DNA of 64,000 nucleotides from an uncultured Gammaproteobacteria bacterium (GCA_964430475.1 CAYSEQ010000001.1:13659-77658), one strand, 5' to 3'; shown: positions 47,185 to 57,198, numbered from the stretch's first letter. Program-made: numbers and translations. Notes: generated from the sequence alone by a model not told the origin.

Positions 47185-47880
47185 TTAGAAGTTGACGAAA
47201 TATCTTATATTAGCTTCGCTTTTTAATTTGGAGATCCAATTTTGATATTCGTTTACGAGTTTTTCCTGGGTAAGCTGTCTTTTTAAATCTTCTTTGATGT
47301 CTTCATATTTAGAGTCTGGGTAGTATTGCTGGTTTTGCTCGTAATAGTTTTTAATCTCATCATCCGAAACTTGAATTTTGTCTTTTAGGAGTGTCTCTAA
47401 AGTTTTTTGAATTTTAATATTTTCCCTAAGAGTCTCAAGTGTTTGTTCCTGAGAGGCAAGTACTGCTTCTAGGCTAGAACCCTGATCTTGTATTTGTTTA
47501 CTTATTTTCTCTATTTCTTGATTTACCTGATCATCGCTGACTACAATTTTTTGTTTACTTGCTTCGCTTAAGATGAGTTCTTTGGTTATTAAACTATCCA
47601 AAGTTTGTTTTCCACCTTGCTTTTCAAGCTCCCTTATTAATGTTAAGCGACTGATGGGTTTGCCATTAACAGTTGCGGCAATAAATAGGCTTTTACTAAA
47701 GAAAAGAATTCCTAGTAAAACTATTAACAATAAGAAGATCCTCAAAAGTCTGGATTTTGGTGTAATTGAGTTTATTTTCTTAAAAAAATTAGATTTTAAA
47801 AAAATAGATTGAGGTTTTTTAACTTCCGAATATTGTCCTTTTTGTTTTACCCTCAAGTCATCTGCTTTTGTTTTTGCCAT
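47185..47880 (-). CDS. SurA N-terminal-domain-like chaperone, membrane-anchored
   Basis: 231 aa with an N-terminal TM. ...TVNGKPISRLTLIRELEKQGGKQTLDSLITKELILSEASKQKIVVSDDQVNQEIEKI... Confidence 0.45.
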   Translation of the reverse strand: MAKTKADDLRVKQKGQYSEVKKPQSIFLKSNFFKKINSITPKSRLLRIFLLLIVLLGILFFSKSLFIAATVNGKPISRLTLIRELEKQGGKQTLDSLITKELILSEASKQKIVVSDDQVNQEIEKISKQIQDQGSSLEAVLASQEQTLETLRENIKIQKTLETLLKDKIQVSDDEIKNYYEQNQQYYPDSKYEDIKEDLKRQLTQEKLVNEYQNWISKLKSEANIRYFVNF

Positions 47881-47937
47881 GTTAGTATCCTATACGGAAA
47901 AATTCTTAAAGTAAATAGGGAAAAAGAGGCAAAATGT

Positions 47938-48552
47938 TTAGGCTTCTGAGGTTGCCTGAGCGAACCTTTCGCCAACCTTATCCCAGTTTACTACATTCCA
48001 CCAGGCTTGAATATAATCTAGTTTGCGATTTTGGTATTTAAGATAATAAGCATGTTCCCAAAGATCTATTCCAAGAAGAGGGATATTGCCATGCATAACT
48101 GGAGAATTTTGAAACGAGTGTCTTTTCAGTCTTATTTCACCTTCTTTAGTCATAATTAAAAATGCCCAACCGCTTCCAAAAACACTCATTGCTTTGTTTG
48201 TAAACTCTTCTTTAAATTTTTCAATTCCCCCAAACTTTCCATTTAACATTTCCATTAATTTTCCGCTTGGTTGTGTGGATTTTGGAGTCATGATCTCCCA
48301 AAAGAAGCTATGGTTGACATGGCCTCCTGCATTGTTGATGACTTGTTGCCTTACGCCTTCAGGAATTTTGTCAAGGTTTTTTAAAAGTTCTTCGGGATTT
48401 TCCGGAGCCTCAAAGTTTATTGATTCTAGGACTTTATTTAGATTGTCAACATATGACTGATGATGTTTGGTATGGTGAATATTCATTGTCAACTCGTCAA
48501 TGTAAGGTTCAAGGGCGTTATAAGGATAGGGTAATTTGGGTAAACTATACAT
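47938..48552 (-). CDS. sodA: Fe/Mn superoxide dismutase
   Basis: LPYPYNALEPYIDELTMNIHHTKHHQSYV ... DLWEHAYYLKYQNRKLDY. Confidence 0.9.
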   Translation of the reverse strand: MYSLPKLPYPYNALEPYIDELTMNIHHTKHHQSYVDNLNKVLESINFEAPENPEELLKNLDKIPEGVRQQVINNAGGHVNHSFFWEIMTPKSTQPSGKLMEMLNGKFGGIEKFKEEFTNKAMSVFGSGWAFLIMTKEGEIRLKRHSFQNSPVMHGNIPLLGIDLWEHAYYLKYQNRKLDYIQAWWNVVNWDKVGERFAQATSEA

Positions 48553-48559
48553 AAATTCC

Positions 48560-48841
48560 TTAAAAGACTTTTTTCCTGATCAAAAGCCTGTAAAGAAAGT
48601 ATACAATAATAGAACTTACTACAAAATATAATAATTTAGTTGTCAAGGTAAAGTAAAGTACAATCGTTAAAACGATTGTTTCGCCAAAAGGAATATAGAT
48701 TCTTCTTGAACCTACTACCTTATAAAGATCCCCGGGAAAGACTATTTTAGAGTTACTAAAGTAAAAGATAATGTACGAGACCAAAAAAGAAATAACAATT
48801 AGATAAACCAAAAGCTTAATACTTGGCTCAAGCACTTGCAT
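48560..48841 (-). CDS. Small membrane protein
   Basis: 93 aa with 3 TM helices. Confidence 0.3.
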   Translation of the reverse strand: MQVLEPSIKLLVYLIVISFLVSYIIFYFSNSKIVFPGDLYKVVGSRRIYIPFGETIVLTIVLYFTLTTKLLYFVVSSIIVYFLYRLLIRKKVF

Positions 48842-48848
48842 AAGTTTT

Positions 48849-49256
48849 TTATGTTTTTAGCGGTATAAAATTAGTGACTATTTGCCTTTGTCTGGGCCCA
48901 TCAAGTTCAACAAGGATAACTTTCTGCCATTGCCCAAGGACAAGATTTGAGTTTTCAACAGGTAAGGTAATAGAGGTACCTATTATACTTGAAATAATGT
49001 GATCTGGAACATGCTCGGGATTATGGGGGTGGCGAAAGTTAAGTTTAGGGGTTAAACCTTCCAAAAAATCAAGGTAATCTTGATCAGTGCCTCCCGGATC
49101 AAGATCGGCAGTGGTTAAGGCACAGGTTGTATGTGTAGCAAAAATCTGACAAAGACCTTTCTCGTATTGACTTTTTGTAAGATAATCATCGAGGATTCCT
49201 GTGATATCAAGGACCTCTCTTTTTTTGTTTGTCGTTATAGTTAGAATAGCCATCAA
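48849..49256 (-). CDS. YjbQ/UPF0047-family protein
   Basis: 135 aa. ...TCALTTADLDPGG...HPHNPEHVPDHIISSIIGTSITLPV... Confidence 0.75.
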   Translation of the reverse strand: MMAILTITTNKKREVLDITGILDDYLTKSQYEKGLCQIFATHTTCALTTADLDPGGTDQDYLDFLEGLTPKLNFRHPHNPEHVPDHIISSIIGTSITLPVENSNLVLGQWQKVILVELDGPRQRQIVTNFIPLKT

Positions 49257-49458
49257 TTCTTAATATAACACAAAGCGTTTGTAAACCTCAAAATTTTTTA
49301 GAATTTTTATCTTTCTAAAAGTTTTTAGATTTGCTTAAAATTTATCAGTTGCAGGCAAATTGTTTGCAAAATTTTAATCAATGAATCCAATCAAATAACC
49401 AATTAAAATTTGCAGTTGCTTTACTTTTTAGTGCTATTGTATAGTAGAAATAGGTCAT

Positions 49459-50379
49459 ATGGAAAAGGATAAAGGCAATAAAAATTTTATCTTTCCCGAT
49501 GAAAGTACTGGCTATACTCAGGTAAAAACACAACAGGTTTTAGAAAAAAAGACAACTGAAGAAAAAAAAGCCCCTTCTGAAAATACCTCCTTTTCCCAAG
49601 CTCAAGAGTCCCAGGTTGCTTCCGCTCCACCACCTCCTTCCTCTCCTCCTTTGGCTTCTCCGACAATAGTCTCAGCACAAAGGAAAGGCCCTAGTTGGTT
49701 TAAAATTTTTGTGATTTTTGCATTAATTATTATCGCGATAATTTATTCAGCTGTTTTTTACCTTTATCTCCAAAATCGCAATCTTAGAAGCCAAACCTTA
49801 CAAACTGAACCAACATCAAACCTTCCATCAGCAACTCCTACTCCCTCCTTCAGTCCAAGTTGGATAAGAATTCAAAACGGCAATGTTGTAAGACACGAGC
49901 CTGGCAAAGAACCCATAATACTTGTGAATAAAAATGACTATCCCTCAACAGGCATTGTCGGCTTTGCAAGAGTAATTGTTTCTCCTGACAACAATCTTTT
50001 ATGTTTTGAAGCCCTTTCTCCCGCAGTTGAGCCTGCGATATATGTTTCCAATGTAGACGGAAGTAATGTAAGGATGATAAGCACCAATAAACAAAATTGT
50101 GTCTTTAGAAGCGACAGCAAGTCAATCTTCTACATAAATACCGCTCCTAAAAGCTCGCCTGTAAGCATCTTTCAATATGATTTAACCCAGGAGAACGCGG
50201 TTGAGATTGATCTGACAAAAAGCTCTGTTCCTGAGGGAGTTGTGAGAAGGTACGAGATTGTAGGATTCTCAGCTGATGATACAAAAATTATTTGTAAGTA
50301 CGAAGAAATTACTCAAGAAGAGGAGAAAACAGGTGAATGTGAAATAAACCTCGTGAGCGGTGAAGTTAATGTTTTTTAA
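49459..50379 (+). CDS. Single-pass membrane protein with a Pro/Ser-rich linker and a beta-rich extracytoplasmic domain (possible fibre anchor)
   Basis: 306 aa. APPPPSSPPLASP, then a TM helix, then PSATPTPSFSPS, then a ~200-aa beta-rich domain. Confidence 0.35.
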   Translation: MEKDKGNKNFIFPDESTGYTQVKTQQVLEKKTTEEKKAPSENTSFSQAQESQVASAPPPPSSPPLASPTIVSAQRKGPSWFKIFVIFALIIIAIIYSAVFYLYLQNRNLRSQTLQTEPTSNLPSATPTPSFSPSWIRIQNGNVVRHEPGKEPIILVNKNDYPSTGIVGFARVIVSPDNNLLCFEALSPAVEPAIYVSNVDGSNVRMISTNKQNCVFRSDSKSIFYINTAPKSSPVSIFQYDLTQENAVEIDLTKSSVPEGVVRRYEIVGFSADDTKIICKYEEITQEEEKTGECEINLVSGEVNVF

Positions 50380-50524
50380 TTTAGCTATCTTAAAAATTTC
50401 TATTATCAGGTATATTTTTATACAGAAATATATAGTTGACTTAAAAATCTCTTAATGTTATCGTAAAAAAAAGTCCCTAATTATTTACAACTTCCTGCCC
50501 CAAATCTCCTGCCCTATAAGGTAA

Positions 50525-51989
50525 ATGAATAAAAGTTTTCTCTTGAGCATATTGACAGTTGGTTTGGTAAGCATCGTCGCTTTTCGGCTTACATCCTCGT
50601 TTTTTTCGATATTGAAACCTCGCGTGACAATAGCCTCACAGCAGGCGAGCTAGATTTAAAAATAGACAATGTAAGTTATTTAAACGGTTCACTAAACTCC
50701 GGAACAACTTGGCCAACACCCATTGATTTGAAAAATAAACTCTTTTTTGATTTCAAAGATTTAAAACCTAGCGATTACGGCGAAGACACTATCTCTCTTC
50801 GCGCAGGAAACGATTATTGGCTGTGCATGGACATGGAAATATCTAAAGACGATGATGAAACCTGCACTGAACCCGAAACTCAAGATGATCCAAATTGTAG
50901 CGAACCTAACAATAATAATTTTGACGGTGAATTAGGAAGTTTAGTCAATTTTGTCTGGTGGCCGGATGACGGAGACAATGTTTTGGAAGATGATGAAACT
51001 CCATTTATTGATGTAAGTTCCGCTTCTGCCTCTCTTAATCAATCTGTCGCACTTGCTGATACAACTCACAACCTTTGGGGAACGCCCGGAACTCCTCTTT
51101 CGCCAACGAAAACTTACTATATCGGCAGGCTTGGTGTTTTGGAACCCTAACCCTTTCTCCTCTTTCCCAAGATGGAGTTGGCAATCAAAGAAGTCCGGCA
51201 GGAGATAATAACCAAAATGGGAAAAACGGCGAACCTCAAGATGGCGGATTTTTATGCGATGGCGCGTATATTGATAACGCAAGTCAAACTGATGTTTTGT
51301 TGGGGAATATTGAATTTAGAGCGGTTCAAGCAAGAAACAACAAAAACTTTACTTGTGAAGAGACAGACTTATCTCCAACACCCACGCCTTCTCCGACTTT
51401 AGCCTGCGCTCAGGCGGATGTCATGCTTGTTTTGGATAGAAGCGGAAGCATTAACCCAACTGAACTTAGTCAGCTCAAAACCGCCGCCAAAGCCTTTATT
51501 GACGCGCTTGGTCTATCAACATTTGGCATCCATGCAGGCTTCTCAAGTTTTGCAACTAATGGAACTCTCAACCAGCATTTGACAGATGATAGTTTAACGG
51601 TTAAAAGCGCAATTGATGCACTCGTCTCAGGCGGTTTCACCAACCTAAAAGAAGGGCTTGATCTTGCCAGAAATGAACACGCCAACCCCGGGGATGGACA
51701 TGATAGGGACGATTCAACTTCTCCCGACAAGGTTATTGTAATTACCGATGGTCATCCGAATAGACCCTTGCCATCCGACACTGCCGATGATGCTGCTGCT
51801 TCCTCCGCTGATGCTTATTGGGCGGATGGTGCGGAAATCTTTGTGGTAGGAGTGGGAAGTGATGTTAACACAACATACCTTAAAAACGAAATTGCAGATC
51901 CAGACGATCCCGGAGAACAACATTACTACTCTATCACAGATTACTCAGGTCTTGAAAATTTGCTTAAGAATCTTGATTTATGTCAATAA
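50525..51989 (+). pseudogene. TasA/camelysin (SipW-cognate signal) family protein fused to a C-terminal vWA domain, interrupted by two frameshifts
   Basis: Signal peptide MNKSFLLSILTVGLVSIVAFRLTSSFF in one frame up to a T7 tract (~50600-50606). The next frame reads FDIETSRDNSLTAGELDLKIDN...FFDFKDLKPSDYGEDTISLRAGNDYWLC, which is the AFFSD...G.LDL...LKPGD class motif. A second shift at ~51127-51135 leads into WCFGTL...GFLCDGAYIDNASQTD...VMLVLDRSGSIN... (vWA MIDAS DxSxS). Confidence 0.6.
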
Positions 51990-52049
51990 AAATTTTTTTT
52001 AGGCTTGATATTTAAAATTTAATATCTTTTTTAAAAAATTAGAAAGGAG

Positions 52050-52922
52050 GTGAGAAAAATGCGAAGGATACTTTTAAGCCTTTTATCAATCGGCGCGGTA
52101 TTGGCTGTTTCTGTTTTTGCCTCGCAGGCATTTTTTAGCGACACCGAAACCTCAACCGGAAATATCCTGCAAGCTGGCGCAATAGATTTAAAGATTGATA
52201 ATACAAGCTATATAACCGGACCTGATGGGAAATTAGTGAAAAGTGAAAGTACGACTTGGGAACTCGCTGATTTGTCAGGGCATCTTTTTTTCGATTTTAG
52301 TGATCTTAAGCCAGGAGATCTGGGCGAGGACACCATCTCAATTCATGTAAACAATAACCCCGCCTGGCTTTGCGCAGCAGCAAGGATAACCGAGGATTCG
52401 GATGTTGATTATACCGAGCCGGAGCTTGAGAGCGATACAACTGTAAATCCAACACCAACACCTCCAGGACTCGGAGAGTTGGATGACAATATTGAGATTG
52501 CCTTCTGGGCGGATGATGGAGACAATGTTTATGAGCAAGGAGAACAAATATTTCTTCAGGGTTTAATTAGCCAATTAGGACAAAGCGGTAAAATTGCCCT
52601 TGTTGATTCAACCACAAACATTTGGGAACAAACTCCTTCTCCCTTCCCAGGAGGCCAAACTCGCTACATCGGCAAGGCTTGGTGTTTTGGGGATTTAGTG
52701 CCATCAGCAGTTCCTCAGAGCAATGGAGGTCCATTAGAAGGGGATCCACCTCGAGGTACTGGATTTACCTGTGATGGGGCAAGTAGTATCAATAACGCCG
52801 CCCAAACAGATATGGTTAAAGGCGATATCCAGTTTTACGCTGTTCAGTCAAGAAACAACGCCAGCTTTACTTGTAGTAGTTGGACTCCTGTTTGGCCAAC
52901 ACCAACACTAACACAAGAATAA
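52050..52922 (+). CDS. TasA/camelysin-family (peptidase M73-like) secreted protein with a SipW-cognate signal peptide
   Basis: MRKMRRILLSLLSIGAVLAVSVFASQAFFSDTETSTGNILQAGAIDLKID...FFDFSDLKPGDLGEDTISIHVNNNPAWLC... The C-terminal half is paralogous to 50525..51989 (GFTCDGASSINNAAQTD...AVQSRNNASFTC). Confidence 0.65.
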   Translation: MRKMRRILLSLLSIGAVLAVSVFASQAFFSDTETSTGNILQAGAIDLKIDNTSYITGPDGKLVKSESTTWELADLSGHLFFDFSDLKPGDLGEDTISIHVNNNPAWLCAAARITEDSDVDYTEPELESDTTVNPTPTPPGLGELDDNIEIAFWADDGDNVYEQGEQIFLQGLISQLGQSGKIALVDSTTNIWEQTPSPFPGGQTRYIGKAWCFGDLVPSAVPQSNGGPLEGDPPRGTGFTCDGASSINNAAQTDMVKGDIQFYAVQSRNNASFTCSSWTPVWPTPTLTQE

Positions 52923-53061
52923 AGTAGGCTTTAAGCGCGTAAAACAAGGATAAAATTGTTAATAGGGGTACAAGGTTATAACCTTGTACCCAAAGCCAAC
53001 TGGCTAGAAGAAATAAAAAGTCTTTTAGCCGGTTGGCTTTGAAAGTTTAAAAAAATTAAAG

Positions 53062-54015
53062 ATGGACAAGAAAAATTTATTTCTTAATCTTTTTATTGCA
53101 ATCCTCTACGCTTTGATTTTTTCGCTTTCCGCGGTTTCCTCTTTTTTGGCCTTGGACATTTTAAAACCCAATTTGGATTTGGAGGTGCAATCGCCTGATT
53201 TAGGTTTTTTAAATTCGCTTAAGTCAAAGATTCCGAAATTTTATATAGTCCAATCCGGCTCAATGGAGCCTGCTATTAAAACCGGAAGCATTGTTGTTGT
53301 TATTCCTTCCCAAAACTACGCTCAAGGAGACATTATCAGCTTTAAAAAAGGCAAAAATATTATCACTCACAGGATTTACGCAAAAACATTTAACCAAGAC
53401 GAAAATCTTGAACCTCTGTATTTGACCGCAGGAGACGCCAACGAAGAGTTTGATGCCTGGAAGGTAAAAAATGAAGAGATTGTCGGTAAGGTTATTGTTT
53501 CTATCCCTTATCTTGGCTACATCGCAAATTTTGGAAAAACGCCTCAGGGCTTTATTCTTCTGGTTATCGTTCCCGCAACGATAATCGTTTACGAAGAAAT
53601 AAAAGCGATAATCAGCCAAATAAGGTGCCTTTTAAGTAAGTTCTTCTTAAACCCAAATTTTACTCCAAGACTTTCTTCGGAAAATTTCGGATTGCCCTTT
53701 TACACAATCTTGATTCCATTTTTTGGCGCGTTTGCTATAGTTGGCGTTTTGACAACATCTTATTTTTTGGATATTGAATCAAGCATTGGCAATATCTTAG
53801 GCGCAAGAGAGGTTTTCAATTCCACAAATAATCTTGATATCCAAAGTCAATCAATCAACATTAATGAGAATTTTCAACCCTCTCCATCAGTCTCAATTTC
53901 TTCCGACGAACAAAACCCTCCCAACCCAACCCCGAGTGAGCTTTCAGATTTAACCCCCACTCCCACAAGTGGTCCGCAAGAAACCCAAGAGAACATAAAT
54001 GAGTCCGGGATTTAA
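53062..54015 (+). CDS. sipW: SipW-type (S26B, ER/archaeal type) signal peptidase I with an extended C-terminal region
   Basis: IVQSGSMEPAIKTGSIVVV...GDIISF...ITHRIY...LTAGDANEEFDAWKVKNEEIVGKVIVSIPYLGYI. A C-terminal TM is followed by a ~90-aa tail. Confidence 0.75.
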   Translation: MDKKNLFLNLFIAILYALIFSLSAVSSFLALDILKPNLDLEVQSPDLGFLNSLKSKIPKFYIVQSGSMEPAIKTGSIVVVIPSQNYAQGDIISFKKGKNIITHRIYAKTFNQDENLEPLYLTAGDANEEFDAWKVKNEEIVGKVIVSIPYLGYIANFGKTPQGFILLVIVPATIIVYEEIKAIISQIRCLLSKFFLNPNFTPRLSSENFGLPFYTILIPFFGAFAIVGVLTTSYFLDIESSIGNILGAREVFNSTNNLDIQSQSININENFQPSPSVSISSDEQNPPNPTPSELSDLTPTPTSGPQETQENINESGI

Positions 54016-54021
54016 GAAGTT

Positions 54022-55092
54022 TTGCAATTTTGTGTTATGTTTTTAAAAAAATTTTACTTTTTTAAAAAAAATAGACGCCATGTTTTTATTTCTGTTTGTG
54101 TTTTTGCAATCCTTTCTTTAATTTTTATCAAAAAAAATGCCAATAATGAAATCTATGCAGTTGATCCATTGGTAGTTAGTTATAACGGACAGTCGCCACC
54201 CAGCCCAATTTTTGAAATTTCAAATTTTCTTCCAGGGGACGAAATTGAAAAGAATTTTGAAATAAAAAATTTAAGCCCGCAAACGCAAAGCGTTTTTTTA
54301 AAAGCTGTAAAAATTGAAGAAAGTCAAAATTTCTCTAACATTCTTGAGGTGGTTGTGGGATTAAAAAACGGAGCTTATATTTTTGGAGGTTCGCTAGGGG
54401 TAAAAACTTTAAACAATTTATTTTCAAGCGAGAAAATAGACTTAGGACAACTTTCGCCAAACGAGCAAAAGACATTTAGAATAAAAGTTAGTTTTCCGGC
54501 TCATGCGGGTAACGAATATCAAAACGCCAAGGTTATATTTGATTTAATCTTTGCCAATGAAATTTTTGAGATTAAGCTTCCTCCGGAGTGCGAGGAACTT
54601 CAAGGGTTAGTGACAAAAGTTGTTGAAGGAACTTTAGGCAACGACATTATTCACGCAAGTTCCGCCAACGAACTTATATTGGCTTTTGAGGGCAACGATA
54701 AAATTTACGGAAATTCAGGTCACGATTGCATTGTCGCTCACGACGGAAACGACCATGTTTTCGGCGGTTCAGGCAACGACATAGTGATCGCAGGCAATGG
54801 CAACGACAAGATAGAGGCGGATTCAGGAGATGATAAAATTTTGGCTGGCGATGGAAATGATGACATATTGGGAGGTTCAGGAAATGACAAGATTTATTTA
54901 GGATTTGGAAATGATGTTTTAAGAGGAGAAAGTGGTAATGATTTTCTTTACGGACAAGCTAGAAATGATAGTTTATTTGGCGAATCAGGGAACGATTTTC
55001 TCAACGGAGGTGAAGATATAGATAATTTGCATGGGGGTTCAGGCATTGACACTTGTCAAGAAGGTGAAACAAATCATTCTTGCGAGATTTGA
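54022..55092 (+). CDS. Secreted protein with a TasA-like N-terminal domain and C-terminal RTX-type calcium-binding nonapeptide repeats
   Basis: ...SNFLPGDEIEKNFEIKNLSPQTQSV... (compare TasA SNLKPGD...F.F.N.GSL), then GNDIIHAS...GNDKIYGNSGHD...GNDHVFGGSGNDIVIAGNGNDKIEADSGDDKILAGDGNDDILGGSGNDKIYLGFGNDVLRGESGNDFLYG... Confidence 0.55.
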   Translation: MQFCVMFLKKFYFFKKNRRHVFISVCVFAILSLIFIKKNANNEIYAVDPLVVSYNGQSPPSPIFEISNFLPGDEIEKNFEIKNLSPQTQSVFLKAVKIEESQNFSNILEVVVGLKNGAYIFGGSLGVKTLNNLFSSEKIDLGQLSPNEQKTFRIKVSFPAHAGNEYQNAKVIFDLIFANEIFEIKLPPECEELQGLVTKVVEGTLGNDIIHASSANELILAFEGNDKIYGNSGHDCIVAHDGNDHVFGGSGNDIVIAGNGNDKIEADSGDDKILAGDGNDDILGGSGNDKIYLGFGNDVLRGESGNDFLYGQARNDSLFGESGNDFLNGGEDIDNLHGGSGIDTCQEGETNHSCEI

Positions 55093-55095
55093 TTT

Positions 55096-55491
55096 TTAAA
55101 TTTTAGGAGTGTTTTGGAGAGGAACCTGGGTACTTTCTTTTAAATTCACCTTGATAGGTCTTAAAAATTGTACGCCCAGTGAGGATATCTTAAATCCTGC
55201 ATTTAACAAAAAACCCATAAGCACGAGGTGGGCAAGAAAGTTCAATGGTTGATTTATCAATTCTTTTTCAACTAGTTCGGTTTTAAGAGAAGAGTTTGAA
55301 GGTTTTTCGGAGTTTGATATTGGAACCTCGCCAGAGACAAATTTTCCAAGGTCAAGTGATATTCCGGGTAAGTTAAAAAGCGGATAAGGTTTAATCTTTC
55401 CCGTAAACGCAAAGTAAACTTCAAGGATGGAAAAAACCATGAGTAGAATTCCAGCCACCAAAATGAGATATCCTATCACTTTTTCAGTCAT
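55096..55491 (-). CDS. Hypothetical membrane protein
   Basis: 131 aa with 2-3 TM helices. Confidence 0.3.
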   Translation of the reverse strand: MTEKVIGYLILVAGILLMVFSILEVYFAFTGKIKPYPLFNLPGISLDLGKFVSGEVPISNSEKPSNSSLKTELVEKELINQPLNFLAHLVLMGFLLNAGFKISSLGVQFLRPIKVNLKESTQVPLQNTPKI

Positions 55492-55562
55492 TGATTTTAT
55501 ATTACAATAAAATATCCCTAAAAATAAAGTTGCAAATGGAAAATTTTTAATATAGGATAATC

Positions 55563-55931
55563 TTGAATATGGCTAAAAAAATACTTTTAATTGAAGACGA
55601 TTTAGACATTCAAAAAATATATAGTTCAAAACTTAGTAGTTCTGGATACGAGGTAATTTTAGCCGCTACAGCCAAACAAGGCCTTCACTTCGCAAAACAG
55701 GAGCATCCGGATTTAATATTTTTAGACATTATGCTTCCGGGAGAAATGAACGGGTTTGAACTTCTGGAGGTATTAAAGAAAGACCAAGAAACTTCTAATA
55801 TTCCGGTCATCGTGATTACCAACCTTGACACAGAAAAGCAAAGCGCTCTCAATATTGGTGCACAAGACTATCTTGTTAAGGCAAACATTGATTTAAACGA
55901 GATTATTGAGAAGGTTAAAAAATATATTTAA
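55563..55931 (+). CDS. Stand-alone response-regulator receiver domain (CheY-like)
   Basis: KILLIEDDLDIQK...DLIFLDIMLPGEMNGFELLEVLK...PVIVITNLD... Confidence 0.8.
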   Translation: MNMAKKILLIEDDLDIQKIYSSKLSSSGYEVILAATAKQGLHFAKQEHPDLIFLDIMLPGEMNGFELLEVLKKDQETSNIPVIVITNLDTEKQSALNIGAQDYLVKANIDLNEIIEKVKKYI

Positions 55932-55954
55932 ACTCCCAAGCCAACTTTTCTGTC

Positions 55955-56209
55955 TTATTTTCTGTAAGATCTATAACTTTCTGCTTCTAGAGGGAATTCC
56001 AGCCTTAATTTCTCTATTACTTTTTCTCTTATTCGGCTGGATTCTATCACATTGTCTTTGGCTTCTACCCTTGCCCAGTCTTCAATCTCTTTGCTTATTC
56101 TTTCGGCATCCGAAGGAGGAACCCCGGATTTTTCAATAGAAACAACAAGCTTGTCTAGAATCCATCTTTCGTAAGAACCATCTTTCTTTTTAACTTGAAG
56201 ATCTTTCAC
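55955..56209 (-). CDS. ATP-cone-like small protein
   Basis: VKKKDGSYERWILDKLVVSIEKSG...AERISKEIEDWARVEAKDNVIESSRIREKVIEKL matches the V.KRDG..E.F...KI..AI pattern of ATP-cone domains. Confidence 0.45.
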   Translation of the reverse strand: MKDLQVKKKDGSYERWILDKLVVSIEKSGVPPSDAERISKEIEDWARVEAKDNVIESSRIREKVIEKLRLEFPLEAESYRSYRK

Positions 56210-56220
56210 TTTTTAGGTTC

Positions 56221-56811
56221 TTAGCCTCCTCTTTTATAAGTGCCCACAAGCTGGGCGCTATCAATGATTTTTTCTTTGATTTCCTTTTCAAGTTCCTTTT
56301 TTGTTGCGCCTTCTTTAAGGTCTAAAACGGAATCAAGCGCGTAAATTTTGAAAAAATAGCGATGTGTCCCAGAGGGTGGACATGGTCCTCCATAAGTGAC
56401 TTTACCAAAATCGTTGATTCCTTGGTTAGCACCCCTTGGTACTTCCCCTTCTTTTATTCTTTGAGTTTTTGGATCAATGTTAAAAACAACCCAGTGAGTG
56501 AAAGTTCCCATCGGGGCATCAGGATCATCAACTATCAAAGCCAAACTTTTGGCATTTTCAGGTACATCTGAGATAACTAGCTCTGGGTTTATGTTTTGCC
56601 CGTCGCAAGTAAATTTAGGTGGAATCGGAGCGTTGTTTTCAAAGTTTGGGCTAGTAATTTTCATTCTACCTTCTTCGGCTTTTTGGGTAGAATCTAAGTT
56701 GATAACAACCTTATCTTCTTGAAAACTCGGTATTTTAATGATACCAAAAAATGCAAGTAAGAATAAAGATATAGTAAAGAAAATAGCAATTAAAGAGATG
56801 ATCTTTTTCAC
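56221..56811 (-). CDS. YbhB/YbcL-family PEBP (Raf-kinase-inhibitor-like) protein, membrane-anchored
   Basis: ...LALIVDDPDAPMGTFTHWVVFNIDP...YGGPCPPSGTHRYFFKIYALD... Confidence 0.8.
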   Translation of the reverse strand: MKKIISLIAIFFTISLFLLAFFGIIKIPSFQEDKVVINLDSTQKAEEGRMKITSPNFENNAPIPPKFTCDGQNINPELVISDVPENAKSLALIVDDPDAPMGTFTHWVVFNIDPKTQRIKEGEVPRGANQGINDFGKVTYGGPCPPSGTHRYFFKIYALDSVLDLKEGATKKELEKEIKEKIIDSAQLVGTYKRGG

Positions 56812-57198
56812 TATTTTTTAAGAATCATTTTCTTGCTTAAGAATTTGGACAGTTCCTTGCGTAATGGTAGGTTTTACTGATATTTCTGGAGGATACTTCT
56901 GATGTTGAGTTTTATGCCAAGTTGCATCACATTTAAATAAGTCAGATAAGTTTTTGTAGAATATCAAATTTACCTCATCCCCTTTAAGGTTAGAGCTACT
57001 TTCTAAGATTTCTTCTATGGTTCTGATGAATTACTCGACCCTTTCTACAACTTCGTTGCAAACATTAAAATACTCTTTTGACATTACCTTTATGATCTTA
57101 TTCTACTTAAGCTTCTAAAATAGTATTAAAAGTTTAAGACTATTATAACACTTTCCAATAATAATATAATAGATAATTCAAAACACTTAAAAGGTATT

